Below are positions 38,911 through 47,854 of a DNA stretch of 64,000 nucleotides, piece by piece (position 1 is the first letter of the stretch; each line of letters starts with the position of its first letter). The position numbers and the translations under genes were made by a program. The stretch is taken from the IMG/VR virus record IMGVR_UViG_3300045988_155525; one strand, given 5' to 3'. This DNA is from a virus. The notes beneath the pieces were generated by a model. That model had not been told where the DNA came from, searched no databases, and worked only from the letters and a program-made list of their open reading frames with translations.

Positions 38911-40618
38911 ATTCACAAAAATTGATATAGAAGGTTTTTGTAGTATTCCTAATCTAGAATTATCACTCAATGAAAAAAGGGTTATAATTTTAAGAGGTCC
39001 TAATGGCTTTGGGAAAACCAATGTATTTTCTGCTATAGTATGGGCCATATATGGTAAAAATATAAAAGGTATATCAGATGTTAATACCTGGAATAAAATA
39101 AGACCTAAGGGTTATAAAGGTACTAAAGTATCTCTTTTTTTTAAAAAAGACCAACATATATATCAGATAATAAGATGTCAGAATTATACTGATGTAGTAG
39201 AAGGTGCTAAGGGGGGTAATAGGTTAATTTACCTTATAGATGCTGAAGTGGTAAAAGAAAAAGGTAAGTTACAAATACAATCCCTTATAGAGCGTGATAT
39301 TGAGATGTCCTATAACCTTTTTATAAATTCTATAATGTTTGGTCAAGGTATGAAAAGGTTAATCCAGGAATCAGGTGTTGATAAGAAAAATCTTTTTGAG
39401 GAGATTTTTGATTTAAAATACCTTACAGAAGCTAGGAAGTTTTCTCAGGAAAGATATAATGAATATGATTCAGAAGTATTTAAAATAAGTCAGGAATTAA
39501 ATTCAGTAAAGGCTAATTTGGATATAATAAAAACTACTGTAGAAGAGGTAAAATTAGAGAAAACCTCTTTCAAAGAAAAACTTATATCTGAAATTAAGTC
39601 TTTAGAAGATGATAAAAACCTAGCTACTAAGGAAGTAAATAAATTAGCCCTTATAGCTAATCAAAATTCCTATGATTCATATAATGATACCATTAAAGAT
39701 ATTAAATCAAAGATTTCTTTGATTAAAACTAAGTTAACTAACTCCAAAAATAATATAAATAATATCACTATTGAGGAATTAGTAAATAATTTGGTGATAT
39801 TATTACAAGAGGGTAAATACAAGGAATCTTTGAATACCCTCTTGTCCATAAAAGATGATATAGTTAATATAGATAAGTATACAAATAATATATCTAAATA
39901 TACAGAAAGGTTAAACAAGGTAATTCAAGAAAGGGATAAAATTAAGAGTATATTAAATAAGGTAGAACAACTTAAACATAGGATAAGTTCTCTGGATAGG
40001 CAGATTAAATCCTTGGAAAAACAAAGTCCTGATTTTGAACATATACTAAAATCCAACAAACACAAAATAAAAACATATACAGAAAAACTAAATAGGTTAT
40101 CCAAAGAGTTAAATATCAATACCGAAAAAAGGGATTTATATAAATGGGCATACCAAGACCCATTTGGTAACAATGGGATAAAGAACTACTTATTTGAATC
40201 ATCACTAACTTACCTAAATGATACTCTAAAATCCTATTCTGAAACCTTAGGTTTTCATATTCAATTTAGAGTAGACTTAGATTCTACCAAAAAGGATTTT
40301 GTTACCCTTATAAATATGGGTGGTATAGATGTTTTTTATGAAGAGTTATCAGGGGGTCAAAAACAATTGGTAAACTTAGCCATGGCTTTTGCTATGAATG
40401 AGGTAATGACTGAATCTAAAGGAGTAAATATAGCTTTTTTGGATGAGATATTTGAATCTTTGAGTTCAGATAATATTGAGGTAGTAATAAATCTGATTAA
40501 AAAGATATATAATAATAGGACATTATTCTTAATAACCCACCAGGAGTCATTACCTATATCAAATGCTAAAACTCTTTTGGTACGAAAAAATAATGGGCTA
40601 TCCTCCTATACTTTTTGA
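38903..40618 (+). CDS. Rad50/SbcC-like ATPase (T4 gp46 analogue)
   Basis: Walker A LRGPNGFGKTNVFSAI, long coiled coil, signature LSGGQKQLVNLAMAFA, Walker B IAFLDEIFESL. Confidence 0.8.
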   Translation: MIEFTKIDIEGFCSIPNLELSLNEKRVIILRGPNGFGKTNVFSAIVWAIYGKNIKGISDVNTWNKIRPKGYKGTKVSLFFKKDQHIYQIIRCQNYTDVVEGAKGGNRLIYLIDAEVVKEKGKLQIQSLIERDIEMSYNLFINSIMFGQGMKRLIQESGVDKKNLFEEIFDLKYLTEARKFSQERYNEYDSEVFKISQELNSVKANLDIIKTTVEEVKLEKTSFKEKLISEIKSLEDDKNLATKEVNKLALIANQNSYDSYNDTIKDIKSKISLIKTKLTNSKNNINNITIEELVNNLVILLQEGKYKESLNTLLSIKDDIVNIDKYTNNISKYTERLNKVIQERDKIKSILNKVEQLKHRISSLDRQIKSLEKQSPDFEHILKSNKHKIKTYTEKLNRLSKELNINTEKRDLYKWAYQDPFGNNGIKNYLFESSLTYLNDTLKSYSETLGFHIQFRVDLDSTKKDFVTLINMGGIDVFYEELSGGQKQLVNLAMAFAMNEVMTESKGVNIAFLDEIFESLSSDNIEVVINLIKKIYNNRTLFLITHQESLPISNAKTLLVRKNNGLSSYTF

Positions 40619-40650
40619 TAACTATACTATATTGTATAAATTATTTAACC

Positions 40651-41187
40651 ATGGCTAAGAACAGTAAAAATAAAGGTAGTAGATTTGAGAGAGTTGTTGC
40701 TAAGTTTTGGCAGGATTGGACTGGTTATACTTTTTCTAGGACTCCTGGTTCTGGTGGTTGGGCTAAAGCCAAGGATTCTTTTGGTGATTTAGTATGTACG
40801 GATTCACGACACTCAAGAAGGTTTCCTTTTAGTATAGAATGTAAATCATACCAAGATATTAGATTTGAACACTTACTGTTAGGTAACAAATCATGTAAGA
40901 TATTATCATTCTGGGAACAGGCTACCTATGATGCCAAAAGGGCTAATAAAATACCAATCCTGATTATGAAATATAATAATATGCCCAAAGAAGAAGCCTT
41001 TTTCCTCATAGAAAGTAATATTTCAAATATCATATTTGAAACACAAGAACAACTTTTAAAAAAACCTAATATGGTTTTAAATATCAATAAGGATATACAT
41101 TTATCAGTATATATGCTCTCGGATATAAAAAATCTATCCTATCAAGGTATATATAAATTAGCCAAGAAAGTATTAAAAAACCAATAA
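40651..41187 (+). CDS. PD-(D/E)XK nuclease, Holliday-junction-resolvase-like
   Basis: KGSRFERVVAKFW...GSGG...FGDLV...SIECKS. Start moved to the ATG at 40651; the track start is an upstream non-ATG codon. Confidence 0.5.
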   Translation: MAKNSKNKGSRFERVVAKFWQDWTGYTFSRTPGSGGWAKAKDSFGDLVCTDSRHSRRFPFSIECKSYQDIRFEHLLLGNKSCKILSFWEQATYDAKRANKIPILIMKYNNMPKEEAFFLIESNISNIIFETQEQLLKKPNMVLNINKDIHLSVYMLSDIKNLSYQGIYKLAKKVLKNQ

Positions 41188-41202
41188 TACATCATACAGA
41201 TT

Positions 41203-41886
41203 ATGAAAGATACCTCCTATGTATATTGTATATGTAGAATAGATAGAAAAAATTGGAAATATATAAACCAAGATTTGTTGAGTAGGGGGTATAATGATAT
41301 TAAGGCTTATATACCCACTGTAAAAATTCTAAAAAAGGTAAAAGGTAACACTAATGTATTTGAAGAAATACCATTATTATTTAATTATGGTTTTATAAAG
41401 ATGAGAACTGATAAGGCTTTTGATAGGCAATTTCTATTGAAGTTAAAAAAAGAAATACCTGGGATAATGAATTGGCTTAAATCATTAGAAACCATATTTC
41501 CTAAAAAGAAAAAAGCCAGGATAGATAACTATGAAGATTTTGATGATTTTTCTATAGTTGCTACAGTATCCAAGAAAGAATATTTATACTACAAAAAGTT
41601 ATCAAAAAGAAATACCATATATTCTTCTAATGATATTGTAAACTTAACTGTAGGTTCTTATGTTATATTAAGGGGGTACCCTTTTGAGGGTATACCAGCT
41701 AAGGTTTTGGAAGTAAACCTTTTATCAAAAAAAGTAAATGTTGCTCTATACCCAGATAGAGGTTCATTAGAAATACAAATATCCTTTGACAATATTCTAT
41801 ATTCTATATATAATGATTATGATGAAGATAATCTACTATGTTCAGATACTGAAGTGGATTTTTCAAAAATATCAGATAATACTTAG
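41203..41886 (+). CDS. NusG/UpxY-like transcription elongation/antitermination factor (putative)
   Basis: NGN-like N-terminus (VYCICRIDRKNWKYINQDL...IPLLFNYGFIKM) and KOW-like GSYVILRGYPFEGIPAKVLEVNLLSKKVNV. Confidence 0.5.
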   Translation: MKDTSYVYCICRIDRKNWKYINQDLLSRGYNDIKAYIPTVKILKKVKGNTNVFEEIPLLFNYGFIKMRTDKAFDRQFLLKLKKEIPGIMNWLKSLETIFPKKKKARIDNYEDFDDFSIVATVSKKEYLYYKKLSKRNTIYSSNDIVNLTVGSYVILRGYPFEGIPAKVLEVNLLSKKVNVALYPDRGSLEIQISFDNILYSIYNDYDEDNLLCSDTEVDFSKISDNT

Positions 41887-41894
41887 AAAAGAGT

Positions 41895-42845
41895 ATGGAA
41901 AGGTATCAAGAAATAGCTTGGGATTGTTTAACTGAACAGGAACAGGAATGTCTGTTTTTAAGTATTTCAAATGGTTTATCTGGATGGAAGACTGGAGAAA
42001 TATTAGGTATTACTCATTATAAACTTTTAGAACTTAAAGCTAGGTCCGAGAAATTTTTTAAACTTTTCTCGGATTATTTTCAGTTATACCCAACCTTAAT
42101 AAGACCAAAGGCCCCCTTAGATAGTAGGTTTAGAGATTACATTTATGGTTCAATTGTAAAAAGGTTACCTAAAGAAGAGGCTATTGTATATGCAGGGGAT
42201 TCCTCTTGGTTATTAGTTCCTATAAGGAACCCTCGGATTATAAAAAATATGGAACGATTAAGAGAATCTGAGGATAAGTGGGATAAAGATTTATATGCTT
42301 TAATTATGGAGTTTGATAGGTGGAATAATTGGCGTATATTACCTCGTATATTACAAGCTCCTTCAGCCTATAAAAGAAGAACCACAAAAAAAGATAAGGT
42401 TTATCTCAGATATTTACATAGGATACCTGATTTTAAGATACGGGCAATGGTTGATATGTATTGGAGAGCAGGTAAACCAGGTTATAGGTATTTTGTAGCA
42501 TTTATAAGTACTACTTTTCCAGAGGGGTATGTAGTAGTACCCATAAAAAAAGACAAGGCTACAGTTGATGCTATAACCAAGATGAAGATATACATTTTTG
42601 AGAATCAGATTGATGCAGATGAGTGGGGTCTAATGGTAAAAAACTTCTTTGTAAATACCTGTAATCCTAGAGCAGGATTAAATTTTTGGAAAAGGTATAG
42701 AGAATTAACTGAAACTGCTATAAACTACAAATATATCAGTAATATGGATTTTACCTGTAATAACTTAGATATGGCTTACAATTTAAAGAAAAAATCCATA
42801 TATCAGATAACTCAAGAAAGAAAACAAAAGAATACTAATAAATGA
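41895..42845 (+). CDS. Putative transcription regulator with sigma-region-4/LuxR-like HTH
   Basis: LTEQEQECLFLSISNGLSGWKTGEILGITHYKLLELKARSEKFF. Confidence 0.35.
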   Translation: MERYQEIAWDCLTEQEQECLFLSISNGLSGWKTGEILGITHYKLLELKARSEKFFKLFSDYFQLYPTLIRPKAPLDSRFRDYIYGSIVKRLPKEEAIVYAGDSSWLLVPIRNPRIIKNMERLRESEDKWDKDLYALIMEFDRWNNWRILPRILQAPSAYKRRTTKKDKVYLRYLHRIPDFKIRAMVDMYWRAGKPGYRYFVAFISTTFPEGYVVVPIKKDKATVDAITKMKIYIFENQIDADEWGLMVKNFFVNTCNPRAGLNFWKRYRELTETAINYKYISNMDFTCNNLDMAYNLKKKSIYQITQERKQKNTNK

Positions 42846-42894
42846 ACCTCTGGAATTTAAAAGAAAATTTCTAGAAACTTTCAAGAATTATTAA

Positions 42895-42902
42895 TATATT
42901 TG
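42895..42902 (+). promoter_or_regulatory. -7 promoter box TATATTTG (cassette copy F)
   Basis: attattaatatatttgcaatgtaaacaaaaaggaatttaatattaat, upstream of the ATG at 42950. Confidence 0.6.
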
Positions 42903-42949
42903 CAATGTAAACAAAAAGGAATTTAATATTAATTATATATATATATATT

Positions 42950-43588
42950 ATGGCAAAGAAGAAAATAAACCGAGACCACCATATAAAAGGAGGCAAAGAA
43001 AAAAACCAGATTCTATCTGGTGGTTTGGAAAATATGACTTACAGGGATTGTAAAAGGAGAGCAGTAGCCCTTGGTATGCCTTTCCCAGATGCTTGTTCAG
43101 CAGATTTTAATAAGTTACATTCATGGATAGTTAATAGTGATGGTAAACCAGATACATCCCTCATAGATAAATATGATGACTGGATGGATAAGATTTTAGA
43201 AGAAAGGGGGTATGAAAAAGATGACCCAATGAGGTCTTATCAGTTAAGGTTAGGATATATAGGGGAAGATAACGTAACTAAACAACGAAAACCAAAAAGA
43301 GTAAAGGGTTTACCAAAGGTTAAGGAGAAAAAACCTAAAAAAGAGAAAGATAGTAATGGTTTATGGAAAGGAACAAAAAAATCCTACACTTTTGAATTAA
43401 CAGATAAAGGGTATTCATTAGAACGTATTACTAGAAGAGTTATTAAAAAATTTCCAGATGCTAATCCCAAATCTATTCAACAGTGGTATAGGATATCCTT
43501 AAGGAATAAAGGTATAGATTATAAAACTTTAGAAAAAGATGGGCATAAAGAAAACAAGAACAAGAGCACAGATAATAAAGGAATATAA
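42950..43588 (+). CDS. Basic Lys-rich hypothetical protein
   Basis: ORF track. KQRKPKRVKGLPKVKEKKPKKEKD. Confidence 0.45.
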   Translation: MAKKKINRDHHIKGGKEKNQILSGGLENMTYRDCKRRAVALGMPFPDACSADFNKLHSWIVNSDGKPDTSLIDKYDDWMDKILEERGYEKDDPMRSYQLRLGYIGEDNVTKQRKPKRVKGLPKVKEKKPKKEKDSNGLWKGTKKSYTFELTDKGYSLERITRRVIKKFPDANPKSIQQWYRISLRNKGIDYKTLEKDGHKENKNKSTDNKGI

Positions 43589-44210
43589 GGCTGCAGTTAA
43601 AAAGAATCCCAAATATGGGGGTCATATAGTTATTGACCTTTTACCAGAACATTTAAGGGATTATGCCAAAGAAGTATTAAAAAAACGTAAAGAACAATAT
43701 AGAAAGACTAGGGTAATAGGAAAACTTGATAAAAAGGTATATCTATATAAATATTATCCCTGGTGTTATAGAGATTATAAACCTACACTGGTCTTACAAG
43801 GTTGGTATAGTGTAAAAGCAGCAAAAGAGAAATACCTCCAATTCTATGGACCTCATGCTCTCAAATATGTCAAATTTATAAGAGGTAAGGATGCTGTAGA
43901 AAAAGAATTTAGTATAGGTAAAACATTATATATAAATGGCATGTGGGTTCATGTTAGAAATAGGGTATTTGCTCCCAAAGCCATAATATATAACCGTAAT
44001 AAAGAAAGTTATAAAGCTGAACTTAAAAAAGAAATACTAAAATCCAAAGCCAGAACTTCTCCTCAGAAAGATGAAAAAATGGTAAAGGAATTACAATATA
44101 AGCACTATGAATACCAATATGTACCAACTCTTAAACCAAAAGAGAGACTTAGGGTACAGAACGTACAACAGATTAAAGCCGAACGAAAAAAAGATTTATA
44201 TGAAGAGTGA
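43539..44210 (+). CDS. Basic Lys-rich hypothetical protein
   Basis: ORF track. 50-nt overlap with the previous ORF. Confidence 0.4.
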   Translation: MGIKKTRTRAQIIKEYKAAVKKNPKYGGHIVIDLLPEHLRDYAKEVLKKRKEQYRKTRVIGKLDKKVYLYKYYPWCYRDYKPTLVLQGWYSVKAAKEKYLQFYGPHALKYVKFIRGKDAVEKEFSIGKTLYINGMWVHVRNRVFAPKAIIYNRNKESYKAELKKEILKSKARTSPQKDEKMVKELQYKHYEYQYVPTLKPKERLRVQNVQQIKAERKKDLYEE

Positions 44211-44631
44211 CCTATATCCTAATGTAAAAGGATTAGCTTTAAAATATAAATCCATAACTAAGAAACCTATAGAAAAATGTCTTAGGTGGGCAAAAAGAAA
44301 TTATAAAAAATATATACATTATCTAAATTATGAAGACCATTATAGAAAGTATGAAACCGAGGATAAATATATTTTTAAGGAACTCATTTTCCAAGGTTTT
44401 GTATTAGAAGAAGATTTTAAAAGATTACCAGGATTTCACTATATTGTAATCAATAGAAGGATTTTAGGTAAGAAACTAATATACCCATTACATTGTGCCT
44501 ATGATTCAAAAAAGTTAAATAAGGGTTACCCTTGGATATATGAGATATTAGGTTATGTTGGATTGCCTGGGTATACAATGGTAGATATAAAGAATACCAT
44601 ATTACCTGGACCTAGAAATAAAAAACGATGA
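44200..44631 (+). CDS. Basic hypothetical protein
   Basis: Start moved from the track start (44107) to the ATG at 44200, which overlaps the previous stop (tATGAagagTGA). Confidence 0.4.
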   Translation: MKSDLYPNVKGLALKYKSITKKPIEKCLRWAKRNYKKYIHYLNYEDHYRKYETEDKYIFKELIFQGFVLEEDFKRLPGFHYIVINRRILGKKLIYPLHCAYDSKKLNKGYPWIYEILGYVGLPGYTMVDIKNTILPGPRNKKR

Positions 44632-44888
44632 TTAGTGATAATATCTTTAGGAGAGAAGAAAATCTTTCTTGGAAGGACAAAAATAAAGAATTCGCAATAC
44701 AATCTCAAACTATAAATAGGTATAGTGGAGAAATTATAGAAACTACTACTCAAAATATAGGTATTGAGGATGTTTTTGAATTTCAAAAAATCTCCTCAGA
44801 GATTTATAAAAGTAATGAAAAAAGTAGAAGACTATCAGAAGAACTTGAATTACCATTTTTTACGGAAAAGAAATTGATTAGTCTATAA
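44628..44888 (+). CDS. Hypothetical protein
   Basis: ORF track. ATGA overlap with the previous gene. Confidence 0.4.
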   Translation: MISDNIFRREENLSWKDKNKEFAIQSQTINRYSGEIIETTTQNIGIEDVFEFQKISSEIYKSNEKSRRLSEELELPFFTEKKLISL

Positions 44889-44925
44889 TCAACCAAAACA
44901 AATTTTAATTTTTTCACAACCTTTA

Positions 44926-44967
44926 AAAAACACAAAATTATGGCAACTAAGAAAGCAAACAAGAAAG
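44926..44967 (+). repeat. 42-nt direct repeat copy 1 (leader + first 9 codons)
   Basis: aaaaacacaaaattatggcaactaagaaagcaaacaagaaag is identical to 45574-45615. Confidence 0.9.
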
Positions 44968-45410
44968 TTGAGAAAAAGGAAGTATCTCGTAAAACTCTTA
45001 GCAATGGGTTTACTGTAATAACCTATGATGATGGTTCTATGGAATTCCTTTTCCCCTCGGTTATCCTCAATGCAGAAGAAGTGAATGAACTTTTTGGTAA
45101 GGAAGAAGAGGAGGAAGAAGAAGAGGAAGAAGAGGAAGAAGAAGAGGAAGAAGAGGAAGAAGAAGAGGAAGAAGAGGAAGAAGAGGAAGAAGAAGAGGAA
45201 GAAGAAGAAGAGCTCACAGGGGAAGCCCTTGCTGAAATGGATTTCGAAGAATTGGAGGATGTATGCGATGACAAAGATTTGGATACAGACCCCGATGATT
45301 ATGAAGAGGAGGATATTGAAAAATTCCGTAAATCCATAGCTAAAGAATTGGGCATTACTTTGCCTAAAGCCAAAGAAACTAAGAAAGCTGGTAAAGGTAA
45401 GAAAAAGTAA
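44940..45410 (+). CDS. Hyper-acidic protein with 37 consecutive Glu (MATKKANKK family)
   Basis: Basic N-terminus MATKKANKK, an E37 run (45102-45212), an acidic DxD/E segment, then a basic tail KETKKAGKGKKK. Confidence 0.6.
   Translation: MATKKANKKVEKKEVSRKTLSNGFTVITYDDGSMEFLFPSVILNAEEVNELFGKEEEEEEEEEEEEEEEEEEEEEEEEEEEEEEEEEEEEELTGEALAEMDFEELEDVCDDKDLDTDPDDYEEEDIEKFRKSIAKELGITLPKAKETKKAGKGKKK
45099..45212 (+). repeat. 114-nt perfect homopurine (GAA/GAG)n tract
   Basis: No pyrimidine on the + strand between t45098 and c45213. Confidence 0.9.
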
Positions 45411-45431
45411 AAAATAACTATTAAGAAAAGT

Positions 45432-45546
45432 AAGGAAAGGGAAGTGAAGAGTAAATCATCATATTATATCCTCAATATTAATACGGAGGAAGTCTTTATC
45501 CATTGCCTTTGAGAAGGTATTACTTAGTAACTCCCTTTCCTTTTCA
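45432..45546 (+). terminator. Long-range hairpin / complex terminator after the poly-Glu gene
   Basis: aaggaaaggga (45432-45442) pairs perfectly with tccctttcctt (45532-45542), followed by ttttc. An inner tcctc/gagga stem is also present. Confidence 0.4.
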
Positions 45547-45573
45547 AACTAGAAAGAATATAAACTTTCCAAT

Positions 45574-45615
45574 AAAAACACAAAATTATGGCAACTAAGA
45601 AAGCAAACAAGAAAG
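45574..45615 (+). repeat. 42-nt direct repeat copy 2
   Basis: Identical to 44926-44967. Confidence 0.9.
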
Positions 45616-46013
45616 AAGAAACCAAGGCTAAAGACAACAAGAAAGCCAAGAAACAACTTACTCCTGAGGAACGTAAGGCTAAGGCAGAAGCTCGTAAAGA
45701 AAGACTCCGTAACCTTCCCGAAGGTCAGAGGACTAATTCCAAACAAGTAGATGTAATTGAATTAGACAATGGTAAGGTAGTTACCTATGCTAATGTAGTA
45801 AGGAAGTTTGGGGTAGTTCTCCAAAACATTGCCCTGGATAAGAATGGTAATGTAGTATCTACTTCTATCACTACTCTCCCTGGTTTTAGGGTTAAAGTAA
45901 AGAAAGGTCATGGAATTCTGGTTCCTGGAACCCCTGGAGTAGGTAAAAAAGGTAGGGGTAACGATGATGATATTCCTGAATCTGTAGAAGAAGAGGAGGA
46001 AGAGGAAGATTAA
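45588..46013 (+). CDS. MATKKANKK-family paralogue with basic N-terminal half and acidic tail
   Basis: Shares its leader and first 9 codons with ORF 44940. Ends ...SVEEEEEEED. Confidence 0.55.
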   Translation: MATKKANKKEETKAKDNKKAKKQLTPEERKAKAEARKERLRNLPEGQRTNSKQVDVIELDNGKVVTYANVVRKFGVVLQNIALDKNGNVVSTSITTLPGFRVKVKKGHGILVPGTPGVGKKGRGNDDDIPESVEEEEEEED

Positions 46014-46048
46014 TCCTTCATGGTTTTTTACGATAATTTTTATGGTAG

Positions 46049-46084
46049 CCAGTATATAATCTAATTTATATACTGGTTTTTTTT
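46049..46084 (+). terminator. Rho-independent terminator
   Basis: ccagtatata (46049-46058) pairs with tatatactgg (46067-46076), followed by tttttttt. Confidence 0.75.
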
Positions 46085-46099
46085 GTCTTAAGACAAAAA

Positions 46100-46246
46100 A
46101 TGGAAGAAGTAGATATTCTATTATCAGCAATATGTAATACTTTAGAAAATGAAAAAGATAATGGGGGAGTGTACCTATATATTAGATATTTCATTAGAAG
46201 AGGAAGACTAATTAACAATAGGTGGAAAATAAAGAAAAACCAATAA
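46100..46246 (+). CDS. Small hypothetical protein (48 aa, below the track threshold)
   Basis: Hand translation gives MEEVDILLSAICNTLENEKDNGGVYLYIRYFIRRGRLINNRWKIKKNQ*. Confidence 0.3.
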   Translation: MEEVDILLSAICNTLENEKDNGGVYLYIRYFIRRGRLINNRWKIKKNQ

Positions 46247-46258
46247 TACTAGACTTTT

Positions 46259-46624
46259 ATGAAAAGAAATATAAAACCATATTTCATAAGATTTCAAGAT
46301 ACTTTAAAATATATAGAAGACCTAGATAACAAAATAGCCTTAACTAACTCTCCTGGAAAAAAAGCCTCATATCTAAAGTTAAAGGCTATGAAGGTTTCAG
46401 AGATTAAATCCATAACTAATAAAGTTAATCAAATCATCAATGGTAGTATATTAAAGGTAACATTCAAAAATTCTAAAAATGAGATTTGGCAAAGATTGTA
46501 TACTAATATAACTACTATGGATGTAGTAGACCATTTGGAAATTTTAGGTTTAATTAATCAAGAAAAATATATCATCCTAGAAATTGAAGAGGTAAATGCC
46601 AAGGATAGTTTAATTAAACTATAG
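46259..46624 (+). CDS. Hypothetical protein
   Basis: ORF track. Confidence 0.45.
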   Translation: MKRNIKPYFIRFQDTLKYIEDLDNKIALTNSPGKKASYLKLKAMKVSEIKSITNKVNQIINGSILKVTFKNSKNEIWQRLYTNITTMDVVDHLEILGLINQEKYIILEIEEVNAKDSLIKL

Positions 46625-46660
46625 AAACATATAATCATCAACTTTAAAAAAAGAAAAACT

Positions 46661-47227
46661 ATGGTTACTATTAAAAACACCAAAAGAGAATCCATTAAAA
46701 AAGGGATTCAAGCAAACAAAGAATTGGTCAAATATCTTAAGGACAATAACCTTGACCCTACTAAGGATTGGACTAAGGATAAAAAACATGGTAAAAAAAT
46801 ATCCGAGTTAGTTAGGTTATCTAATTTAGCCGAAAAAAAGGCTGCTGATAAGACTGGTAGTAAACCTGATAAACCCAAGAAATTAAAAAAACCCGAAACT
46901 AAGCCCAGTGTAAAAAAGGTTACTAAGGCCCCCAACATCTATGATTATCCAGAGGTAGATGGTCAACCCATGTCCCCTGAACTTAAAAAGAAGTTTAGAA
47001 CCAAAATGAGGAGCCTTCTTAAATCCAATATGGAACCTAAAACTGCTTCCAAAAAGGCTCTAGAATTCATTATGGAGGGTATGGATAAGGTAGTTTCTAA
47101 AGAGACTACAACTAAAGATAAGGTTAAAGATAAGAAGGAAGTTAAATCTACTAAATCTACAGAAAAATCCAAAGTGGAAAAGAAAGTAGATAAAAAGATT
47201 GGAGATAAGAAGAAGAAAAAGAAATAG
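46661..47227 (+). CDS. Lys-rich, histone-H1-like low-complexity protein
   Basis: KKAADKTGSKPDKPKKLKKPETKPSVKKVTKAP ... KVDKKIGDKKKKKK. Confidence 0.45.
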   Translation: MVTIKNTKRESIKKGIQANKELVKYLKDNNLDPTKDWTKDKKHGKKISELVRLSNLAEKKAADKTGSKPDKPKKLKKPETKPSVKKVTKAPNIYDYPEVDGQPMSPELKKKFRTKMRSLLKSNMEPKTASKKALEFIMEGMDKVVSKETTTKDKVKDKKEVKSTKSTEKSKVEKKVDKKIGDKKKKKK

Positions 47228-47251
47228 ATTATATATTTTCACAGATGATTG

Positions 47252-47297
47252 AGAAGGTATTGGGGTTTTTAAAAAGACTTTAATACCTTCTTTTTTT
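47252..47297 (+). terminator. Rho-independent terminator
   Basis: agaaggtatt (47252-47261) pairs with aataccttct (47282-47291), followed by a T run. Confidence 0.7.
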
Positions 47298-47366
47298 ATT
47301 CCTATCTCAAGTACGTACAGAAAAGACTTAAGAAAAACATATTATTATTTAAAGAAAAATTATTTA

Positions 47367-47374
47367 TATATTTG
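47367..47374 (+). promoter_or_regulatory. -7 promoter box TATATTTG (cassette copy E)
   Basis: aaaaattatttatatatttgcataaacaaaaagaaATG. Confidence 0.6.
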
Positions 47375-47389
47375 CATAAACAAAAAGAA

Positions 47390-47854
47390 ATGGGAGAATT
47401 GGGATTTATAACCAAAGTTAACTACATCAAAAAACCACTCTCTATGTATGAAATATTAGATATGGTTTTATCAGTTAATATAGAAGCTATTGAGGAAACT
47501 TTAAGAGAAGGTTCAGTAGATAAATGGGGTTTTCTTTTAGAAAATTATCAAAGTTCTATTGATGAAGTAAAGAATAATGCCAATAGGATTAAAGGGGTTT
47601 ATATGGATATAAGGGATGATATTCAAGGTAATAATTATTTAAATATTACTAAAGCTTTGAGTAACATCCCTTTAAAATGGTTAAACACTTTAAAATACAC
47701 CTTATATCTAATAGAACCAGACCTTTTGTTTCAAAAATCTCATTCAGGAGTTTGGGATTTGTGGGATTTGTTCTTTTCTGTAGAAGAGAATTCAGGTATG
47801 AATTATGTTAAACCTTTAAATATCAAAAAAGTATGGGCAACGAGATTAAAATAG
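47390..47854 (+). CDS. Hypothetical protein
   Basis: The track start (TTG at 47372) lies inside the -7 box, so the start was moved to the ATG at 47390 (MGELGF...). Confidence 0.45.
   Translation: MGELGFITKVNYIKKPLSMYEILDMVLSVNIEAIEETLREGSVDKWGFLLENYQSSIDEVKNNANRIKGVYMDIRDDIQGNNYLNITKALSNIPLKWLNTLKYTLYLIEPDLLFQKSHSGVWDLWDLFFSVEENSGMNYVKPLNIKKVWATRLK

Noticed and set aside
38833-40173. Minus-strand ORFs 38833-39048, 39670-39918 and 39925-40173
   Set aside because: They are embedded in the Mre11/Rad50-like genes, which carry clear catalytic motifs on the + strand.
42313-42498. ORF 42313-42498 (+)
   Set aside because: It is an alternative frame entirely inside the longer ORF 41895-42845, with no independent support.
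45023-45339. Track ORFs 45023-45274 (-, poly-Ser) and 45085-45339 (+, poly-Lys/Arg) over the (GAA/GAG)n tract
   Set aside because: These are alternative-frame artefacts of the homopurine repeat. The poly-Glu frame has the conserved leader and start shared with its paralogue, and flanking non-repetitive coding sequence.
44553-47242. Minus-strand ORFs 44553-44786, 44804-45004, 45549-45746, 45762-46130, 46708-46938, 46963-47172 and 47060-47242
   Set aside because: They overlap + strand genes that have promoter/leader and terminator context. Their translations are Leu/Phe/Ser-rich mirror frames of Lys/Glu-rich genes.
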